Origin: Trichosphaerium sp. ATCC 40318
Lineage: Eukaryota > Protista > Tubulinea
Length of the DNA stretch: 64,000 nt
Direction of reading: 5' to 3'
Assembly: GCA_038496445.1 (NCBI GenBank)
Contig: JALMLS010000466.1
Span: 310,001-374,000 of the forward strand
Numbering within the stretch: position 1 is the first letter of the stretch; every line of letters starts with the position of its first letter. The notes beneath the pieces are model-generated. The model saw only the letters and a list, made by a program, of their open reading frames with translations, searched no databases and was not told the DNA's origin. Of this stretch, positions 48,893 through 61,224 are shown piece after piece. The position numbers and the translations under genes were made by a program.

Positions 48893-51800
48893 ATGAGACG
48901 TAAAGCGAGGAGTAAAAAGAAGCGCAACTTTCTAGACGTTCAATTCGAAATATGGATAAGCAAGGTACTATTATAGCGTTTGTGGTCGTGAAACGTCACC
49001 TCTAATTGTGTAATAAGGTTGAACGTATTCCTAAAGTACCATTTGGATCTTTCCTGTATTTAAAATGGGCGCGAGGTGCGTGGTTGTTGCTTCGCAACTC
49101 TATAATTAAAACAATCGCCAAGGTAAACATGATGGAGAAACAGAGCGTAAGCTCGTTAAAAAGGCTACAATGGAAGGGGACAGACAAATACTTTGGGGTC
49201 ATAAAATTGACTTGAACGAAAAACTCATACAAAACCCAAAGAAAGGCACCTGGAAGGCGCGAAAAATGACGCTGGAATTACGCTTAGTATGTCTAGAAAA
49301 CATTAAAAAAAATTATTTTGACACTTTACGTAGGAAGTATTAAAAGGCGGTAAAAAAGTAACCAGTAGCCTTGGTTGCGTAAAGATTGACCTAGCAGAGT
49401 ATCGTAAGAGCACATCAATGAAAGCATACAAATTTCAGATAATATCAAAGGAAAAAAAGAAATCAGGCGCACCACCGCGTATAGTTGTACGTGTTTACCA
49501 ATTTCTACAGCTTTTTGTAAACGTTTTATTTTCTTAACGTTAAACAAAGGTGAAATTCTCCACTACGCCCGTAGGATCGATAAAGAAGATGATAGTCGTT
49601 GGTGGAAGGTATGAAACGCATTTTAAACCAAATGCTTATTTACATGCTTTTCTTTAGGTGAAAGAAGACAGTCCTGATGGTATGACGTTGTTTGAAGTTA
49701 CTGATGATGAAACAACAATGGATGAGTTATCAGATGATGATGGTGCTTTTGATGAGTTTGAAACAAACTCAGCTCATCCAGGATTCAACCCTTTCGATGA
49801 AGGTATGTTTCTTATTGTTCAAATAAACTGAAATGAAGTTCTTACATTCTTCTACCCCTCAGATCCTTTCGACTCTCCGGAGGTTAAACCAAAGGTTGAG
49901 CCAAAGGCTGAACCCAAGAAAGAGATTCCAAGATTGCCACCTAGAAGAGCCTCTAGTATATCTAATCTTCACGCAACACCAGCTAGAGATCCAGAACCTG
50001 CATCTAAGACAGCAAGAGCTTTACCTCCTAGAAGAGAAAAAAAGAGAAATGATAGTTCACTTCCGTCTGTAAAGGAGAGACGAACAGAGGGCAAGCTGCA
50101 GCGTAAAGAGAGTAAGAGGTTGCCTAAGCTACACAAGAAGAAGAAATCAGTCGATAAGGTTGATAAAGAGACGATTGCAGATGCAGTAGCAGATGCGCTT
50201 AGAAATTCAGATAAAAAACATTCTCTTAAAGTGTCAAAGTTGGAAAAAGAGATTAAGAGATTGAAGGAAGAGAATGCGCAATTTAAGCTTGTAAACATGC
50301 GTGATTGGGGTAAAACAAGTGAAGATACACCTGTAAAGGGAATGTTAAAAGTAGAGAACACAATACTCAAGAATTCAATAGGTACTCACTCAGCGACGTC
50401 TTTTTTTGTGAAGATTTTTTTTGGTTTGCCTTCAAGTCATTTTTCTTTTTTTCCTGTCTTGTACTCCTCGCTTTTATTTCTTTTACTCGATGTATCTGTT
50501 ATTGATTTGTTTGTTTATCCTTATGTTGACTAATTGAGTTTGCTTAGAATTACGTAATCTTACTACAAAGGCTGTATATTCTGTTGATTTTGATTATATG
50601 CATGGTATTCCTTTAGCTTATGAGTTGATTATGAAGTTATTACTTGCAAAACGTTATAACAAGGAAGATAGAGAAAATGCGTTTCCTCTTGTTATTGACG
50701 CTATTAGAGATTGTTATGTAGATGTACGTTAATTTTATTTTAATGCACTTTTAGTGTAATTGTTCACGTGTTTCTTTGTGGTTTTTTTTCTGATTTTGTT
50801 TTTTTGTTTAGCGTAAGGTGCTTGTAACTTTGGATAGCACTTTTCATTGGATTACTTTTTGTGCTACGTTTCTACATTCAAATGCACGTGATAAACAGTT
50901 TGATGATGATGAAATTGTATATGATTTACTAGATAAATTATTCCAAAAGGCAGCTAGTATAGTTAACGCAGTACGTTGTAACTTTGTTCATTTGCTTTCA
51001 TATATTTTTCTTTTATAAGGATTTATCCTTCAATTGTAATATCATACCTTCTTAATGCTTCGGGGACCAACCCCGACAAGCAACTTCAAAAAAACATTGA
51101 GCTTTGAACCTTTTTTTTTTTGTTGTTGTTTGTTTGTTGATCCTTATCCATTCCTTAGAAATTAAAACCTATCATCGTACCAGCACTTACAGAACCTACT
51201 ATAAACTCAACAAGGTTGAGTTACGAGAACCTACCTGAACCTTCAGCAATAGTAAAGGTTTTGCGAGGTGTATTTGATCAAATGCGAGAACACTTTGTTT
51301 TTAAGTCTATTGCTCAAGCTCTTTTCTCTCATATCATGTCGTACATTAGTGCCACATTATTTAATGCTCTATTGAGCGATGAGGCACTATGTACATGTGC
51401 ACAGGCCTTCGCAATTAAGTTGAAACTGTCGAACATTGACGAGTTTCTTCTAAGCAAAAAAGCCTATGAGTGTATCCTCGATTCGAGGTGCGTCAAAACC
51501 ACTAATGATCAGTCATGTATCTATTCACCTTTATTCTAAATCCCTACTAGGAAGCGGTTAGGTCCAATCTTACAAGCAGCTAGGATACTAGCACTTGATA
51601 AGAGTATTTTGGACCCTGAGATCATCAGACAAGTTTGTCCTGATTTGAATGCTATGCAAGTAAAGCAACTTGTTGTTCAGTCATCAGGTATGTCTATCTT
51701 TTACTTTTTTGGGTTCTTCTTGTTGTTGCTCTGGTAACAGCGGCTTAGGTGATGAGTCCTCTGCGCCTACATCTATTTTGGATATGCTTAGTATGATGTC

Positions 51801-51930
51801 AGCAGAAGAGATTCCACAACCTATAAAATATGATCTTGATCATGTTGATCCTCTTGATATTTTCTGGGATAACCTTGATAAGACTGAAGAGCTTGAGTAT
51901 TTACTTGACTTGGATGACGTGTATAATTAA
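48893..51930 (+). CDS. NT-C2 (EEIG1/EHBP1-type), coiled coil and DIL (dilute) domain protein
   Basis: VQFEIWISK|VERIP...YLKWARG (NT-C2); IAQALFSHIMSYISATLFNALL..CTCAQAFAIKLKLSNIDEF, LGPILQAARIL, CPDLNAMQVKQLV (DIL). Confidence 0.8.
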
Positions 51931-52260
51931 AACCAAAAAGAGCATCACAATCAACAAATAAAGGACAGCTTACGAAAAAACCCTGCAAGGCGAGTAAGTT
52001 TGTTTTCTTGTTTGAGATGCGTGTCTATTGATTCTACGAAGTAGTCTATCGTAAGCACAGATTGTGTAGAAAATGGTTGTCGCCTGTGACATTACTCGTA
52101 GTATTGATCAATTTTCTTCCTCATAAAGTCTGGTAAAGGCGTCAATACCACGTGTGGCAATTTTAGGAAAATGTATTTTCTAGCGAGCGGTTTGTGCACA
52201 TTTTTGTGTGACAACGCTTCGTTTCGTTCTTTTATCGCTACCATATAACGCTCAAGCATC

Positions 52261-55200
52261 ATGTCCAACCTTTCAAAGACTCCTGACTGGCTTCGCCTAC
52301 AGGTACGAACGTGTTTAGCGACATAACAAAGCTGCTAACGCGAGAACTTTAGAAAATGATTTTCAAGCGGTTTATCAACCAATCGCTCAAACAAGGCGGT
52401 AGAACCCGTAGAATTGACGATGTCATAACCGATATGGCCGTACGTTTAAACTCACGGTTTTTTCGCTCTAAGATCTTCTCACGTGACCGTAGAACGGTAT
52501 GCCACTACTTGAACTCATTGAGGTAATGAGTGGGAAAAAATACAGCGGAAAGACTTTGAAAGAGAGTAAATTGGTACGCCTGGTAGTGTGTGTAGATGTG
52601 CTAATGAGTTAAATAAAGCGCGTCAGAATGATCGACAACATTAACCAGATTCTCAACTTTGTAAAGAAGGATTGCTCTGTATCCACAAAAGTTGTTGCTG
52701 AAGGTATATTTTTGGAACTATTTTTTCGCCGTGAAAATTTTTTGTCACGTGACCGTTGCTTTGTTTGGGATAGTTCTTAAACGATTCTAGATCTTGCTGA
52801 TGGTAATGAAACTAGCATTATGGGACTTGTTTTCGTACGTATAGCTGTGTTAGAGTCTACTATTTGATAGAGGGAATTCGCACGATCTTTTTTCTCAACG
52901 GTTTTTTAATTTTTTTTTTTACAGGCTGTCATTCTCAAGTACCTGAGATTGGACGAAGACGATGACGAGTCTGGTGATATCCGTGAAGCACTCAAGTTGT
53001 GGTTGAGCAACAAGACAGCGGGATATGCGTGCGTTATTTTTTTATAAGCCGTTTTTCTTGTGTTCTGACTGTTTGTAGTGGCGTTGAGATTGATAGCTTG
53101 ACGAAATCATTTTACAACGGTTTGGCGTTTAACGCTTTGATTCACAAGATGAGACCTAAACTCGTCGACTATGATGCTCTTTCTCCTGGAAACAAGGTAT
53201 ACATCATGTTCATTAGTCTTGTTGTTAATATAGCCTAAAGGAAGCAAATCTCCAACAAGCCTTGGAGCTTGGTGAGAAATACTTGAACATTGAAAAATTT
53301 TTGGAACCTTCTGATATTCCAAAACTTAACGAAGTTTCAATGGTCATTTATCTTACTGATTGGTACAATGGTATCACACTACTCCAAAAACAGGTATACA
53401 CATATCGAAACATATGAACCTTAATAAAAATAGGATATCGCTGCAAGACGTATCGGAAAACTTGTTGAAATGACAGTACGTTTTTTTTCTGCTTCTCAAA
53501 AGAAACTGTTCACATGCTCGTTTTTCTTTTTTTTTGTTTGCCCTGTTGTCAAGAGGTGATTTAGATCTAATATATTGTAGATATTACATGATAACATGCG
53601 CGCTGAGTACAGAGAGAAAGCAACTACGCTTGTAGCTTGGGTAGACCAAAAGATTGTTGAGTTGTCCAAAAATGAGTTTGATAATACTCTAGAAGGTGTT
53701 CAAGCCTTGATGAAAGAGTTTTACGATTACAAGGTAAGAATCTTCGTACTGTATCTGTTGAAAAGACACCGCTAACGGATTTTCTTAGGAACAAGAGAAG
53801 TCTTCAAAGATTGTTGACCATATCTCTATTGTTGCTCTATACAATAATCTGGCATTACGTCTCGCTAACCATAAGCGTCCTGCATTTAAAGCCGGTGGTG
53901 GATTAGACGTAGAAGATCTTGAAGCAAAGTTTGAGTCATTGGAAGCCGCCGAAGTTGCTAAAGGTACCTTTTATCGTACAATGCAAGTGACTTACTTTGT
54001 TCCCAGGTGGTGCTCTCAATAATGAACTTGCTAGACAACTCAAGCTCAAGAAAGTTGCTGCTCGCTTCAAGTACGTTACTTACTTTACTACGCTATTTAT
54101 GGAAAACACGTGTTTAACTTGTTTACGACAGAGAAGAAGTCAAAAAACTTAAAGATTGGGGTCACCACAAGGCAAAGGAAATTGCACATGAACCTAAAAT
54201 CGAGCTCACTCATGATGCTGAAGATGCTATTGATGATCTTGGATTCCTTACTGCTGATGTCGCCAACTCCAAAAAGACTAGATTATCGGTACACTTTTAA
54301 TTTTTGTTTGACAGTTCACTTTCTGTTGGCTAATACTCTTATAGGCCCTAAGCAAGTTACTCAAAGTTCTTGTTGATGAAGACTACCAACACAAGGATGA
54401 AGTATCCGCTTCATACGGTGAAATGGGTGAAGCCTTTGAGGGTATGGAGCAATCTCTTTCTGAGAAAAAGACAGCTTTGGAAGCCGAACTTGCTCGTCAA
54501 CAAGGATTGGATGCCACCGCATGCCAAGAATTCGCTGACGCCGTTAAGGGTACGTCACATGATTTATCACTATAATAATAGCGCTCTAACCTTGCACTAG
54601 CCTTCCAAGACTTTGTCAAGTCCAAACGTGCTGCATTGTCTGCTGGTGAAAACACTCCATTAGAAGATCAACTCGCTACACTTGTTGCTTCAATGTCCGA
54701 TATGAGCGAAGCTGATAGCTTGATTAAAACAGTTTCTAAGAAGTCTAAAAAGCAGAAGAAACGTGGATTGGCACATAATCCACATACCAACATCACCGCC
54801 GCTGTAAGACTTCAGTTTTAATTTGTTTTCAAATCTAATGTTTCGTTTCTAGGATGTACGTGCTCAATGGAAGCAATATGAATTGCTTGTCGCAAAGAAA
54901 AAGGAGCTCCTAGAACAAGAAATTGAAGAATCCAAGAGAGCCGGTCTTACCGAAGAACAAATGAAGGAAATCACGTGCGCATCTTTTTTTCTGTTTTTTT
55001 TTTTCACTTTTTATTGATGTTAACGTTCTTTGTTAGTGATAACTTCAAGTACTTTGATAAAGATGGTGATGATAAACTCACTAAACGTGAATTGCGCGCT
55101 TGTTTGCAAAGTTTGGGTGAAGAGTCAAACCCTCAAGCAGTCAAGGCTGTACGTCGTTTTAAAAAAAGGTTTCGAGAGTATTTCTGACGATATTTTTAGG

Positions 55201-55634
55201 TCTTGGATGAGTTTGATGGATCTGGAGATGGTAACATCCAAAGCGCTGAATTCATGCAATTTATGATCAAACAGGTACGTGTTTTTAGAAGCATAAAAAG
55301 CGAATAAAGCTAAAAATCTTCCGACCGTTGTTAACTGATGTTTTGTTTTAAGCTCGGCGATTCTGATTCCAAGGAAGAGATTATTCAAAGTTTCAAGTAC
55401 CTTGCTTATGAAAAGGATACTGTTACTGCAAGTAACTTGGAGACTGTCGTTAACAACAAGAGCTTTAAAGATATGCACGTGGATTACCTAAAGTACGTTC
55501 GAGCGAACCAAAACCGATAGCTTTCTCCATTTTTTCTAGTTTTCTAATCTGATTTTTTTAATAGGAAGGAGATGAAAGAGTGTGGAGACGGTTATGACTA
55601 TCCAACATGGACAAAAGAAGCTTTTGATAGATAA
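52261..55634 (+). CDS. Alpha-actinin (2 CH domains, 3 spectrin repeats, EF-hands)
   Basis: WLRLQ|KMIFKRFINQSL; NGLAFNALIHKMRPKL; AARRIGKL; GLTEEQMKEI.DNFKYFDKDGDDKL; DSKEEIIQSFKYLA; YDYPTW. Confidence 0.92.
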
Positions 55635-55756
55635 ACAAAATACCCAAGTATTTTGTAATCGGTTTGGTACTTGTAACACTGTGCCTCCAATAAACCTTTT
55701 TATTACTTCATGCCAACATTTTTTTTGGTTTTTGTCCAATAAAGTAAGTACTTGGT

Positions 55757-55835
55757 ACTGAGGCATGTGGTTAAGAGATCATATACTATTGACTCTTTCA
55801 CCCAAGTGAAAGGGTTTCAACCCTTCGTTTAGTGC
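55757..55835 (+). ncRNA. Candidate structured, tRNA-like element
   Basis: A-box-like TGGTTAAG and B-box-like GGTTTCAACCC; stems ATGTGGT/ATCATAT, CTTTCAC/GTGAAAG, AAGGG/CCCTT; closing stem GTACTGAG/TTTAGTGC. Confidence 0.3.
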
Positions 55836-55882
55836 TTTCCTGTGGCTTGTGGTGCGTTCCACTTCTGTTCTGAACATGTTGC

Positions 55883-55967
55883 AAAAATGTGCGAAGAGCC
55901 CAGAATCGAACTGGAATCTCTCAAGGGTTTAGCGGAGCGCCTTTTCCATTAGACCACACAGACGCAC
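55883..55967 (-). ncRNA. tRNA-derived element or pseudo-tRNA with Pol III signals
   Basis: Minus strand TGGTCTAATGGAAAAGGC (D-arm/A box) and TCCAG-TTCGATT-CTGGG (T-arm/B box), followed by TTTTT; acceptor and anticodon stems do not pair properly. Confidence 0.5.
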
Positions 55968-56735
55968 GAAAGATTGCCGAATTGACATAACGTTTACGTC
56001 AGAAAAGAATAAGCAAAGCGATAGAGAGCGCGTGGGTTTGTAGAGGCTACTACTAATTTGTAAAGACAACGAATAAGATTAAAGTCCTAACTTCAAAGAA
56101 TATGGTTCTAAACAAAGTTGTAGGCTTCCTGTAGCTGGAAAAGACACGTCTTGGTAAAAATCTCATCGTACATACATAGTTTCTCAGTATTAGGGACATG
56201 ACGGCATCCACAAGCAAAGGGTTGAATAACTGTTTGCGTTTTCAATGACGTCACTGTTTGTCTTCAGTGAATATGACGTTTTAGCATATGAAACTTGCTT
56301 CTCACATGAACTGAAGTGAATACAACCTTACGAGAACATCCTTGAGCGTGTTAATGGTTCCATAGCACCAAGTACCAACTGTGTTTTCTTGTTTCTGCAA
56401 ATCTGGGAATCGGTGATTATACTTGTACCCGACATGTAGGTTCAATAAAAACTATCCCGAACATTCACACTTCATTTATATGATGATAAAGAGACTCGTA
56501 GCGTTTTTTCTATGGGTTTTTTGTTAACGTCATGAATCGACACAAAACGATTTCGCCCCGAGAACTATCGTGTCGCCTTGTTTTGTCTTCCTAGATGCTA
56601 TGTAGAACATTGTATATGCGATTGGGAGGCTCTGTCCATAGTTGTAGTTTTTTTTGCAGTTTTGTGTACCAAATCTCAACCACACGTGATTCAGTTCAGT
56701 GGATGAACCACACATAATCCTAAAACTTTGAACCG

Positions 56736-57546
56736 ATGAGCAACTCATTAAAAAGACTTACTACTCAGACAATATCCTGCGCATTGTTGGGAAGCAATAA
56801 AGTGGGCAAGACAACATTTATAAAACGATGTCTTGGAAACTCGTACGATACTTTGAAAATCAACTAAAACACTGCTAACGCATTTTGCAGGTGCTCTAGA
56901 AAATATATTCCAACTGAAGGAGAATGTTACACTGCTGTACAAAGAATAAACGGTAAAGCTACAAGACTCAATTTATGGGACACGTACGTTTAAACAGAAT
57001 GAGAACAAATCAAGTTTCTTTGGTTCTGATTTTGTGTTTAGATCTGGTTCATCAGAGTCTCATTCAAGATGGAGAAAATTATCGTTGGCGAACACAGATG
57101 TTTGTTTGATATTGTTTTCAGTTGACGACACGTTATCATTGTTAGATGTGAAGCTTAAATGGGAAAAAGAAGTCAGGCAATACAATACAACCATACCTAT
57201 TATTCTTGTTGGCACAAGACAGGGAAGGCCTCTACCTCCTAAAGCCACTCGCGGGTTTCATCCTTCAGGGTTTCGCGTAGGATCTTGTTCGAGTCAGAGC
57301 AAAACTACCTGCGTCAATGGAGAGATGATGGCACAGAAAATAAACGCTGTAGGGTACTATGAATGCTTTTTGGATGGAAGAGGAATACCAGAAATATTTG
57401 ATGCTGTAGACTGTCATTTGTCGGCCGTAAGGAGAAAGAAAAGATGGCGCAAGAGTGTCCGATCTGGTGTCAGGCATGTAGGTAGTTGGCCAGGCATTAG
57501 AGTGCCCAGAAATAAGCGTCACACAAGAGATAGCTTACAAATGTAG
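56736..57546 (+). CDS. Atypical Rho-family GTPase, paralog 1 (2 introns)
   Basis: GSNKVGKT, YIPTEGE, LNLWDTSGS, DVCLILFSV, PIILVGT, GEMMAQKINAVGYYEC. Confidence 0.85.
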
Positions 57547-58069
57547 AATACCTGAAAATTGTAAAATAAATGTAACATAAACTACCAAAATATTCAAGAC
57601 GTTGGTTTTTGCAAGATGAGGCGTACAATGATTTGCCACAGTCGATAATACGTCGCCAAACGCTAGAATCAAAGTGACGGAGTGACTTATATTGGCATGC
57701 AAAGTCTGAAATCGTATAGTGCTCGTGAAGTTGGTCACGTGATTATCAGCGCCAACTGGACTTTCCATAGGACCAAATATTTAGACGTCCAAATTTTTGT
57801 GGTCATAAGTTACAAAAATTGAAGGCTAGATGCCTCCTTAAACTGTTTATTTAGATTCCGAATTTATTCACATAAACTTGCGAAAAATGCTCATAATGTT
57901 GTCACTAGTGTGATATATGTTATCTGTTGTAAGCGCCAGCACGATAACTTATAGTCAGCAATCCAAGTTTGCTTATACGGTAAAACAATTAGTAAATTAG
58001 CGAATTTTCGGTAAAATTGTTTAGCCACACGATGAACGCGTGGACAGAATTTTTAGTACAAAAGCACAG

Positions 58070-58857
58070 ATGAGCAACTCGTCAAAACAAACGCCTAGCA
58101 ATAAAATATCATGCTCATTATTAGGAAGCAACCAAGTGGGCAAGACAACATTTATAAAAAGATGTCTTGGATACTCGTGCGATGAGTTGCTTTTAAAAGT
58201 TATCTAACCGCTGATCAGGTGTCATCATAAGTATGTTCCAACTGAAGGAGAATGTTACGCTGCTATACAAAGAATAAACGGTAAAGCTACAAGACTCAAT
58301 TTATGGGATACGTACGTTTAAACAGAATGAGAACCAAATCAAGTTTTTTCGGTTCTGATTTTGTGTTTAGATCTGGTTCATCAGAGTCTCATTCAAGATG
58401 GAGGAAATTATCGTTGGCGAACACAGATGTTTGTTTGATATTGTTTGCAGTAGATAACGTATCATCATTATTGAATGTGAGACTGGTGTGGGAACAAGAA
58501 ATTAGACAACACAATCCAACCACACCTATTTTTCTTGTTGGAACAAGACGAACAAGTTTGATAACATCCCAAAGCCTTTCTGATCATGGAATTCGGGCTG
58601 AAACGGATCAATCAATCACAACTACTTGCATCAATGGAGAGATGATGGCGAAGAAAATAAACGCTGTGGGGTACTATGAATGCTTTTTGGATGGAAGAGG
58701 AATACCAGAAATATTTGATGCTGTAGACTGTCATTTGTCGGCAATCAGAAGAAAGAAAAGATGGCGCAAGACTCTTAGATTAGGTGCCAGAACTTTAGTT
58801 AGATTGCCCAGTATACGAGCTGGAGGTAAGCGCTCAAGAGGAACAGCATCGTATTAA
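58070..58857 (+). CDS. Atypical Rho-family GTPase, paralog 2 (2 introns)
   Basis: GSNQVGKT, YVPTEGE, LNLWDTSGS, PIFLVGT, YYEC; same intron positions as paralog 1. Confidence 0.85.
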
Positions 58858-59384
58858 TAAACAATTGTATATAACGCTGATTTCAGTATTTGACGGTTTG
58901 CCCACGCGAAAACTGATTTTTGGCTTTGTGTGGTATTAAGTATGCTGCCTAACACTGGGCGTACGTGGTAACGAGATACTTGCGCTAGTAGTGAGCGAAG
59001 AAGCTTACATGCGTCGACATTCTCAGTTTTTTTCCTTTGGTATAAACAAGCGCTAGTACGTACTGAGAGCGACTGTATCACTGTTCTACGATAGGCTTTT
59101 AAATACGCCAAGATAAGCGCAAGCAACGAGGGCTTTAATGGTACTTCTGCATTGGAAGTCAATGAATGCGCAATGAACGGATGTGATTCCAGTACTACCG
59201 CGTGAAAACGCTGGACGGGCGGCCCATCAGGAGCATTGACACTACAGCAGCCCACAGGAGTAAGGAAGAAGGTACCTTCGCCGTCTCTCGTTCAGAAAAT
59301 TCTTGACGCAGCTCGTCGGGCGTTAAGCGAATCCCAAAATGTCGGGTTTCACCAAAGTCTCATTTTCCTTTTTACGCAAACAGA

Positions 59385-60463
59385 ATGCCAAGCATCGGGC
59401 CAGTATTTAATATATTTGGTGTCAATTGGCCATTGTTCAGTTATGGAGGTGCTCCTAGAGGTATCATTGCTATTGGCGTATTTCCAATTGGTTTTTTTTC
59501 AATCGGCTGGGTTTCAATCGGATTCATCCTTGGCATAGGTGAGCGTTTGTTTTTAATTAGTTTCTTGCGGTTTTAGTCGTTAATAAATTATAACCTCTGT
59601 ATTAGGTCAATTAGCCGTTGGAATGTTTGGTTTCGCGGCTGGACAGGTTGCTTTAGGTTTAGGCGTAGTTTTAGGACAACTAGTACGTTTTACCATGCAT
59701 TGAATTACTGACAACTTCAGGCCTTTATTGGATACTTTGTAATGGGTCAAATTGCTTTCGGTGCACTTATAATGTATGGTCAAGTCGGGTTGGGCATATT
59801 TTGTAATAAGGCTATGGGTACTTGGTTGCATAACTGATTTATAGCAATTGACGTTATGTGTAGCATGTGTTTCACCGTATACATCGAAAAACGATGAGTT
59901 TGTGTCAAATATGTTTTCTGATATTTCGGTAAGTTTTTTCGGTTTCTTGCTTTCTTGGTTGTTGTGGTATGGTCCTTCTTATTAATTATAGAATCTTCAC
60001 TTTGCTTCACCTTATATTTATGGATTCTTAATATTTGTGGCTATTGTAGGTGTACCCCTAAGGTACGAACCCTTTCTTTTTTTTTTGATGTTGATTCAGT
60101 TTAGTGTCTTGTTTTCTGTGGTTTATGTACGCTACCTACATAAGAGATTGACTGGTATTCTTTGTTGGTAAGCTATATATTTCTTCTTTTAATGACACAT
60201 GCTTACCACGTGCAGTATGGGATCAGTTGATCAGTTACTTGTTAAAAAACAGAAAAAGAGTAACAATGTAACCCCTTCCAATGTTACAATTACTAGACCT
60301 GGTGCTACTGCTGCAGAGCTACAAGATATGCATGATGGTATGTGCAAAGACTTTTTTTATTCTTATTGAGGTTCTATTAGAAACGTATGAAGATCCCGAA
60401 GCAGGAGCGGGTGGATACGAGTTCGATGAAGCCGCAGCGGCAGATTCACCATACGCTGAATGA
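59385..60463 (+). CDS. Glycine-periodic hydrophobic (membrane) protein
   Basis: GIIAIGVFPIGFFSIGWVSIGFILGIG|QLAVGMFGFAAGQVALGLG...; later TM helices; acidic Tyr-containing tail YEDPEAGAGGYEFDE. Confidence 0.7.
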
Positions 60464-60717
60464 AGTCCCTTGTAATGTAAATACTCTTGAGTTAATTTTA
60501 ATAAAAACAAAACAATTTTGGTACATACCTAGACGAGTTTTGAGTATTACCATAAAGCTCGGTTTGTTCTTGCACGACTATTTTCAAATAAGCTACTCAG
60601 TGCATGGTTAAAGACAAACTGGTCGAAAGTCAAAAGGACTTACATTGACTTGTTTGACTTCGCGCCAAGTGGTTATAAAATTGCCATACAAAGTTGTTTG
60701 ATTTTGCCTCAACTGTT

Positions 60718-61046
60718 ATGGAAGACAGTGTAGAGAGTGAGGAAGAGTTAGAAAGTCGTCCAGTTACTAAATTAGAGCTAAAACAGATTGTGATGGGATT
60801 ACAATCTGTACAGCAACGTTTAGGTGCGTAAAAGCGATTGTTGTACCGCATAACTTTTTTAAACAGATGCCACAACAAAACAGATGAATATTGCCGTTGG
60901 CGCTCTCACGCACATGGGAAATACACAAGCACACATAGGGGAGGTGTGTTAGCATTTATGGTATCGAATAACGTATAACCTTCTTATAGATACTTAATAA
61001 TGTGCGCAATGGTATGACATCGCACCCAAAAGATCACAATACATAA
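60718..61046 (+). CDS. Small coiled-coil protein (~79 aa), 2 introns, absent from ORF track
   Basis: MEDSVESEEELESRPVTKLELKQIVMGLQSVQQRL|DATTKQMNIAVGALTHMGNTQAHIGE|ILNNVRNGMTSHPKDHNT* using two ~45-nt GT-AG introns. Confidence 0.5.
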
Positions 61047-61224
61047 CTAGCAGCCAATACGACAAATTAGAACCAAACTCAATAAAATGTACATTAATAG
61101 CACTACAACGACGCCATCACACTTTCAACACGTAAAAAACCTCATTTGGCACCCTTTAGGATACGATTAAGAGAAATACAAGCAAAAAAAATCATTTCAT
61201 CTTATTTACATTTTTACACTCTTT

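Noticed and set aside
55757-55835. tRNA-Sec (contains TTCA)
   Set aside because: TTCA lies in a stem or the T-loop-like position, and the arm lengths do not match tRNA-Sec.
56120-56480. Exon-like fragments with an in-frame TGA (possible selenoprotein or readthrough)
   Set aside because: No coherent spliced frame, no redox motif and no SECIS-like element identified.
58854-59255. 133-aa minus-strand ORF starting 'MGCC' (lipidation-like)
   Set aside because: The start codon is GTG, there is no in-frame upstream ATG, and no recognisable motif.
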